A stretch of 64,000 nt of DNA from Patescibacteria group bacterium. Its GTDB lineage: Bacteria; Patescibacteriota; Minisyncoccia; Phycocordibacterales; Phycocordibacteraceae. The stretch's first letter is position 1, and each line of letters opens with the position of its first letter. This document shows, one piece after another, positions 59,151 to 64,000 of the stretch. The stretch is taken from NCBI GenBank assembly GCA_024653825.1, contig JANLHF010000001.1, positions 62 through 64,061 on the forward strand. The letters run 5' to 3'. The notes under the pieces were generated by a model. The model had not been told where the DNA came from. It was given only the letters and a program-made list of their open reading frames with translations, and did no database searches. Both the position numbers and the translations under genes were made by a program.

Positions 59151-59681
59151 TCAGAATCCAAGCCAGGCCGCCACCAAATCGACGAACGTATGATGATGTT
59201 CCCCCTCATCTACGTGCTGAAGAAGATATGAATAAATAGTGTTCGCATCGACGCCCTCAAGCGGGATGATGAGGTGTGGGGAGAGCCAGCTCTCAGTCTT
59301 GATTGAGATCATTGGGGGAAGAGTTCCCTCGACGTCTTCGAGCACCGAGAAAGACACCATTCGTTCAAAGAGATGCAGCTCATCACCGATGAAGATGCCG
59401 CGCTCGACGAGACGGAAGCGATGGAGAGGAGGTTCTTTAGCCGCGTGAAGGGCGAATGCGAATGCAGCGATGACGATGAGTGCCGCGAGCAAATAATTAC
59501 CGAAGAGCGCCGAGGCGAGCGCGCCGGCGACGGCGACAATACCGAGCGCCCAATACCAATCGGCACTCTTCGGGTTATGGTCGTATTCTCTCCCTTCCCA
59601 TTCCAGAATGGCAGTGTGGGACATGAGAAAATGATAGCACGCGCCGGGGCTTGCGATTACGCAACCCCATTTATTTTTCAT
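59151..59681 (-). CDS. Hypothetical membrane protein
   Basis: 176 aa with two or three TM helices. The family is not recognised. Confidence 0.45.
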   Translation of the reverse strand: MKNKWGCVIASPGACYHFLMSHTAILEWEGREYDHNPKSADWYWALGIVAVAGALASALFGNYLLAALIVIAAFAFALHAAKEPPLHRFRLVERGIFIGDELHLFERMVSFSVLEDVEGTLPPMISIKTESWLSPHLIIPLEGVDANTIYSYLLQHVDEGEHHHTFVDLVAAWLGF

Positions 59682-59703
59682 AGGTGCTCTACTCCTTAAA
59701 ACT

Positions 59704-59750
59704 TGGCGGAAGGGGTGGGACTCGAACCCACAAGGGCTTTTGGCCCGCTA
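59704..59750 (-). pseudogene. Orphan 3' portion of a class-II (Ser-type) tRNA: variable arm, T-arm, acceptor 3' strand, encoded CCA
   Basis: Minus strand: TAGCGGGCCAAAAGCCCTTG-TGGGTTCGAGTCCCA-CCCCTTCC-G-CCA. It aligns with the 3' part of the intact tRNA-Ser. There is no D arm or anticodon arm upstream; instead the 39-bp repeat precedes it. Confidence 0.5.
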
Positions 59751-59789
59751 GTTTTTCCGCCGGAGGCGGACCCGCCTTCGGCGGGCAAG
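59751..59789. repeat. 39-bp direct repeat E, copy 1
   Basis: gtttttccgccggaggcggacccgccttcggcgggcaag is identical to 60154-60192. It contains two tandem hairpins (ccgccggaggcgg and cccgccttcggcggg) plus CTTG, which matches tRNA anticodon-loop positions 32-35. Confidence 0.85.
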
Positions 59790-59801
59790 TTCGGTTCAGT
59801 G

Positions 59802-59889
59802 CGGAGAGGGTGGGATTCGAACCCACGGTCCCGTTTCCGGGACTCTGGTTTTCAAGACCAGCGCGTTAGACCATCTCTGCCACCTCTCC
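59802..59889 (-). tRNA. tRNA-Ser (anticodon UGA)
   Basis: Minus strand: acceptor GGAGAGG/CCTCTCC, discriminator G, anticodon arm CTGGT-CTTGAAA-ACCAG, a long variable arm CCCGGAAACGGG, and T-arm GTGGGTTCGAATCCCAC. The D-stem is weak. Confidence 0.8.
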
Positions 59890-59892
59890 GCA

Positions 59893-60153
59893 CTAAACCG
59901 AACTTTTCAAAGACCCAAAATTTTCGCCAATCCATTTTCTGCCGGCGCCAGACTTCAAGAAGTTTTCTCGTTGTCGGGCATCAGTATATGTCGCACACTG
60001 CTCTTCTAGCACAAGCATCCATGGTATTCCTGATTTTGTCGAACGCGTATGGCCGGCATTATGCGCCACAAGTCGACTAGTGGTGCCAGTTCGACTTGAG
60101 CCAGTATAGAACTTATTTGTCTTCTGACTATAGAGGATATAGGTTACTTCCAT
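59893..60153 (-). CDS. GIY-YIG nuclease family protein (small homing-endonuclease-like)
   Basis: 86 aa. MEVTYILYSQKTNKFYTGSSRTGTTSRLVAHNAG ... ENFLK fits the GIY-YIG core (the Y-I-L-Y / YTG motif, Arg, Glu, and a conserved Asn region). Confidence 0.8.
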   Translation of the reverse strand: MEVTYILYSQKTNKFYTGSSRTGTTSRLVAHNAGHTRSTKSGIPWMLVLEEQCATYTDARQRENFLKSGAGRKWIGENFGSLKSSV

Positions 60154-60192
60154 GTTTTTCCGCCGGAGGCGGACCCGCCTTCGGCGGGCAAG
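60154..60192. repeat. 39-bp direct repeat E, copy 2
   Basis: Identical to copy 1. It abuts the GIY-YIG start codon. Confidence 0.85.
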
Positions 60193-60224
60193 ACCGGTGC
60201 ATTCGACCGCTCTGCCACCTCTCC
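60193..60224 (-). pseudogene. Orphan 5' half of a Ser-type tRNA (acceptor 5' strand, D-arm, anticodon 5' stem), running into repeat E at anticodon-loop position 35
   Basis: Minus strand: GGAGAGG-TG-GCA-GAGCGGTCGAA-TGC-A-CCGGT-[CTTG within the repeat]. The D-arm is more canonical than that of the intact tRNA-Ser. No 3' half follows. Confidence 0.55.
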
Positions 60225-60241
60225 AGTGGTATTACCAACGC

Positions 60242-60502
60242 CTATGATGACTTCTTAGGCGTTGCGTGTGAATAGGTGTCGCATGCACCAGGACGGAACC
60301 AAAGCAGATACACAATTTCAAGAATACCAAGTGTGTTGATGAAGAGGAGGGCGATGAACCACCATTTTTGACTTCCGCGAGCTGCATACCAAAGAGCGAA
60401 GCCCTTAATAATCACTGTCCAGATGGCGACGATCGCTAGTAGAGGAATAAGGGCCACCAATAACTCAGGCGCGAACGGAGAATAAAAAGGATAATAGTGC
60501 AT
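60242..60502 (-). CDS. Small hydrophobic membrane protein
   Basis: 86 aa with two TM helices. Confidence 0.4.
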   Translation of the reverse strand: MHYYPFYSPFAPELLVALIPLLAIVAIWTVIIKGFALWYAARGSQKWWFIALLFINTLGILEIVYLLWFRPGACDTYSHATPKKSS

Positions 60503-60531
60503 ATTTATAGGTTATACCATACAATCTTTAT

Positions 60532-60945
60532 ATGAAATATCTCGGAGTGGATTATGGTCAGAAGAGAATAGGTCTTTCTCTTTCGGACGAAATGGGGAGC
60601 ATGGGATTCCCTCACTCTATCGTTCTCAACACGCCGCGGCTAGTGGGGGAAATTTGTACGCTTATCGCAAAGGAAAATGTTGGAGCGGTCGTGATCGGTG
60701 AGTCACGCTCGCTCGCGGGTGAGGATAATCCGATTATGAAAGACGCTCGAGCGCTCGGCGCGCAGGTCACTGAGCGCTCCGGCGTGCCGGTGGTGTATGA
60801 ATCAGAAGTGTTCACGAGCGCCGAAGCACGCCGTCCTCCAACCAAAGAAGAAAAGTCTCGTGCGCCGAAGAAACACCCGGCAGTTGATGCGTCGGCGGCC
60901 GCACTTATCCTCACCAGTTATCTTTCACACACCCACCATGGATAA
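60532..60945 (+). CDS. ruvX: Holliday junction resolvase-like nuclease RuvX/YqgF
   Basis: MKYLGVDYGQKRIGLSLSD ... is an RNase H-like fold motif. Confidence 0.85.
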   Translation: MKYLGVDYGQKRIGLSLSDEMGSMGFPHSIVLNTPRLVGEICTLIAKENVGAVVIGESRSLAGEDNPIMKDARALGAQVTERSGVPVVYESEVFTSAEARRPPTKEEKSRAPKKHPAVDASAAALILTSYLSHTHHG

Positions 60946-61279
60946 GCCACGCATTTCCATCGACGAATTCAGCAAGATAGAAGTGAAAGTTGGCACCGTG
61001 CGCTCAGCGGAACGTGTGCCCGAGACCAACAAGCTTTTTCGGCTCATGGTTGATTTCGGCGAGGAAGCAGGTCCGCGCCAGATTATCTCTGGTATCGCCG
61101 CATACGTGCCGGAACCAGAATCGCTCATAAATCGGCAACTTGCATTCGTAACGAATCTTGAACCGCGTACGATTCGTGGGCTTGAAAGCAACGGAATGCT
61201 TTTTGCTGTCGGTTCGGACGAGACCTTTGCCTTTCTCTCTCCCGATAGGGGCGTTCCTCCCGGGACCAGTGCACACTAA
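60938..61279 (+). CDS. tRNA-binding protein (CsaA/EMAP-like OB-fold domain)
   Basis: 113 aa. The motif VKVGTV ... LFRLMVDFGEE ... RQIISGIA matches the tRNA-binding OB-fold domain. Confidence 0.68.
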   Translation: MDKPRISIDEFSKIEVKVGTVRSAERVPETNKLFRLMVDFGEEAGPRQIISGIAAYVPEPESLINRQLAFVTNLEPRTIRGLESNGMLFAVGSDETFAFLSPDRGVPPGTSAH

Positions 61280-61316
61280 GAAACAATCGCACGCCACCGC
61301 GTGATATTCTGTAAAG

Positions 61317-62417
61317 ATGCCTTCCGTTTTCAGCGAACGTTTTCGCGCCGCTTTCGCTCCGCCCAGGTATCTGGCACCGCCACTTTCAGGTATTGATATC
61401 TCGACAAGCGGTGTGAAAGTGGTGCGTTTAACCATGGGCCCATACGGCCTCATGCTTCGACATTATGCACAAGTGCGTCTTCCGCTCGGCGTCTTTACCG
61501 ATGGGGAGATTATTGATCGCGCCGCGATTATCGAAGCTTTGATTACCTCCACACACGCGACAGGAATCTCCAACGCGAATGTGTCCCTCTCAGAATCGAA
61601 GGCGTATCTCTTTGAGACATCAGCGTCCGGCAATATAAAATCTGAGTGGCGCGTCGGGATCGAACAACATCTCGATGAGCTCGTACCGCTACCTCCACTC
61701 GAGACCGCGTTCGATATTGTTGGCGTCGGACGTCAAGAGAACGGCGACGAGTCCGTCGTCGGCGTCGGGTTTGCAGCGCGCATGGTCGATGAAACACTCT
61801 CTGTATTCGATCAGGCACATATTCCGGTGAGGGCTCTTGAAGAAGAAACTTTTGCGATGGCACGCGCGCTGCTCCCGATAGGGGACAGGTCAACAACACT
61901 GATTATTGACGTGGGGAAGACCACGACAAAAATGACAATAGTGACGAATCGTATACCGCGCTTCGCGACTACTATCGGCATTGGCGGACACGCGCTCACG
62001 CTTGCAGTACAGAAACACTTTGGCGTGACTGAAGAGGAAGCGCGTAAGGTGAAGGCGGAGCGAGGCATCGTATCCACTGCGGGTAACGAAGATTATCTTG
62101 CCGCGATGTTTTCAACCGTTTCTGCGATTCGTGACGAGATTTCTCGACGACTTAGTTATTGGCAGGAAAAAGAAGCAACGAATGGTTCTCACCCGCCCGT
62201 GTCGCGCGCGATACTTGCGGGCGGCAATGCTTCATTGCGCGGACTTCCAGAATATCTCGAGGGCGCTCTCGGCATCCCCGTCACTGCTGGTGACGTGTTC
62301 GTGAATCTCGCTTCTCGCGATACATGGATTCCGGCGCTCGATTATACCGAGTCGCTTGCCTATGCGACGGCCGTCGGTCTCGCTCTGCGCGAACATATTC
62401 CTTTTTATGGAGAATGA
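61317..62417 (+). CDS. pilM: Type IV pilus assembly protein PilM (actin-like ATPase)
   Basis: 366 aa with actin/HSP70-fold nucleotide-binding segments. It is followed by PilN/PilO-like genes. Confidence 0.78.
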   Translation: MPSVFSERFRAAFAPPRYLAPPLSGIDISTSGVKVVRLTMGPYGLMLRHYAQVRLPLGVFTDGEIIDRAAIIEALITSTHATGISNANVSLSESKAYLFETSASGNIKSEWRVGIEQHLDELVPLPPLETAFDIVGVGRQENGDESVVGVGFAARMVDETLSVFDQAHIPVRALEEETFAMARALLPIGDRSTTLIIDVGKTTTKMTIVTNRIPRFATTIGIGGHALTLAVQKHFGVTEEEARKVKAERGIVSTAGNEDYLAAMFSTVSAIRDEISRRLSYWQEKEATNGSHPPVSRAILAGGNASLRGLPEYLEGALGIPVTAGDVFVNLASRDTWIPALDYTESLAYATAVGLALREHIPFYGE

Positions 62418-62961
62418 ACTTACTAACCTGCTTCCTCCGGAACGTCAGCGCGCACACGCGCGCGAATATATTCTTCGTTTGGGAGTCGTAGCGACAGTGC
62501 TAGTCACCGTATTAATTATGATAGCGGGGCTTCTCCTAGTACCGACCTTTCTTTTCCTAACACAAAGTACAGGGACAAAGCAGTCCCACCTTACAGATAT
62601 AGAATCGCTTCTTTCTTCAGCGGATGAAAAAATACTCGCAACACATCTCGCTGCTCTTTCGAATAGTGCAGCGGTTCTAACTAGGCTGGGGGAGTTACCC
62701 TCTGCAAGTACTGTCGTACGTTCTGCACTCTCTGTCTCTCATCCGGGAGTCGCGCTCGCCGGCTTCACTTACACGCCGACGGAAGGAAAGACGCCGGGGA
62801 CACTTTCCATATCGGGTACGGCAGCGACCCGCGAGTCTCTTCGCAATTATCAGCTCGCACTACAGGGATCTTCGTTCGCTGCCGCTGTCGACTTGCCGGT
62901 TTCTGCGTATGCGAGAGATGCTGAAATTTCGTTCACCATTACCGTGACACTCACCCCATGA
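62407..62961 (+). CDS. pilN: PilN-like pilus assembly protein
   Basis: A single N-terminal TM helix following a short cytoplasmic segment. It overlaps the pilM stop. Confidence 0.55.
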   Translation: MENELTNLLPPERQRAHAREYILRLGVVATVLVTVLIMIAGLLLVPTFLFLTQSTGTKQSHLTDIESLLSSADEKILATHLAALSNSAAVLTRLGELPSASTVVRSALSVSHPGVALAGFTYTPTEGKTPGTLSISGTAATRESLRNYQLALQGSSFAAAVDLPVSAYARDAEISFTITVTLTP

Positions 62962-63527
62962 AATCCTCCTTTTCTCATCTGATTGGTGCCCTGATGGTAT
63001 GTATCATCGTTAGTATTGGATACGGGATGTGGTACGTTGCCATCTCGGAAAAAAGTATGGCCGTAGAAAAACTTCAGAACGTTATTGACACAAAGACGGA
63101 AACAGTGAGCCGTATAGCCACTACGCGTGCGACGCTCGCGGGCGTGGCAAACGACGAAACGGTGGTGCAGGGATATTTTGTGCCGGAGACGAAAGTGGTG
63201 ACGTTTATCGACTCACTCGAGACACACGGGAAGACGCAGGGAGCGATCGTGAAGGTACTCTCCGTATCTACGACCGGCACGACAGCACAGCCGACATTGT
63301 CGTTATCGCTCGTAATTTCAGGAACATTCGACGCAGTCATGCGAACAGTCGGCACGATTGAATACGCACCGTATGCACTCTCTATCTCGACGCTTTCAGT
63401 TTTGAGGGATGCAAAGGACAGCTGGCATGCGGATCTCAAGGTACTTGTCGGATCCCTTTCCGCGATACGTGCTGAAAGTGCGACAACAGCACTCATTCCT
63501 TTCTCTTCTACCCATGTCATTTTTTAA
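62958..63527 (+). CDS. pilO: PilO-like pilus assembly protein
   Basis: N-terminal TM helix, a coiled segment, and a periplasmic domain. 4-nt overlap with pilN. Confidence 0.5.
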   Translation: MKSSFSHLIGALMVCIIVSIGYGMWYVAISEKSMAVEKLQNVIDTKTETVSRIATTRATLAGVANDETVVQGYFVPETKVVTFIDSLETHGKTQGAIVKVLSVSTTGTTAQPTLSLSLVISGTFDAVMRTVGTIEYAPYALSISTLSVLRDAKDSWHADLKVLVGSLSAIRAESATTALIPFSSTHVIF

Positions 63528-63822
63528 TTCAACAACCAGATTTTTCAAACAACGACATCTCGGTGCGGGGGTCGATCCTGTGCGCGACTGGCTCCTCCTC
63601 CTCACCGTGTTGGCGATAGCTCTTGCGGGAATCATTGTATGGAATATTTGGGCCTTTGACACTGTCGCGAACGGAAGAAGTATCGGCGCGCCGGTGCCCA
63701 GGACGCCGCCAGCCTTCAATGCTTCGTCTCTTGATACGATTCGTGTGATCTTTACGAATCGTGCCGCAGAAGAAGCGAAGTATGAAACCGGCGTATATCG
63801 CTTTGCTGACCCGTCGCTTTGA
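63514..63822 (+). CDS. Hypothetical membrane protein (possible PilP-like)
   Basis: One TM helix. It overlaps the pilO stop. Confidence 0.35.
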   Translation: MSFFNSTTRFFKQRHLGAGVDPVRDWLLLLTVLAIALAGIIVWNIWAFDTVANGRSIGAPVPRTPPAFNASSLDTIRVIFTNRAAEEAKYETGVYRFADPSL

Positions 63823-63931
63823 TGGACGAAATAGGTTAGATTTTCTATACGCCCCCGTATCTTCGCGGACTCGATACGGGGGCTCGTTCGGAGAGAAAGA
63901 ATGAGCGAAGGCGCTCCTTCTTTCTCACTTC

Positions 63932-64000
63932 GCCCCCGTAGTTCAATGGATAGAACACCGGACTTCTAAGCCGGTTATGTAGGTCCGATTCCTGCCGGGG
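63932..64000 (+). tRNA. tRNA-Arg (anticodon UCU), truncated by the window end
   Basis: Acceptor GCCCCCG, D-arm GTTCAATGGATAGAAC, anticodon loop CTTCTAA, T-arm GGTCCGATTCC. The 3' acceptor strand runs past position 64000. Confidence 0.6.

Noticed and set aside
59893-60192. Group I intron surrounding the GIY-YIG gene
   Set aside because: No P, Q, R or S core elements were recognisable, and the intervening sequence contains a whole tRNA. The layout is reported as an insertion or split instead.
1-64000. CRISPR arrays, rRNA genes, transposase or integrase genes
   Set aside because: No regularly spaced short repeats, no rRNA-like conserved stretches, and no transposase or integrase-like ORFs were seen anywhere in the window.

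Overview
This 64-kb window looks like part of a small-genome bacterial chromosome, about 55% GC. The gene content resembles a Patescibacteria/CPR-like organism. It is dense with housekeeping genes: xth, cca, hup, rny, clpP, hppA, nusA, tpiA-pgk, recJ, rnhA, sodA, rpmB, the rpmH-rnpA-yidC|dnaA-dnaN origin region, a class-A PBP, ruvB-yebC-ruvC, ruvA, polA, tsaE, murE, rpsT and ruvX. A type IV pilus/competence toolkit is present: pilB-pilC plus three pilin-like genes, comEC, a second GspE-like ATPase, and pilM-N-O. There are at least 9 tRNA genes. The main accessory features are: (1) a Ser-type tRNA locus with a GIY-YIG endonuclease gene, an intact tRNA-Ser(UGA), two identical 39-bp direct repeats and orphan 5' and 3' tRNA halves; (2) a VirB3/PrgI - split VirB4 - Pro-rich membrane protein - VirB2-like cluster with an embedded HigBA-like toxin-antitoxin pair; (3) a ~2-kb islet bracketed by a 45-bp duplication of the rpmB 3' end; (4) a ~5-kb low-GC block of about 40% GC covering oriC/dnaA/dnaN/PBP1A; (5) a 450-bp non-coding region with a perfect DnaA box and a 32-bp operator palindrome beside a RelE/Phd pair; (6) small families of structured intergenic repeats. 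No CRISPR array or rRNA was found. All calls rest on reading the sequence and the ORF translations; no database search was possible.
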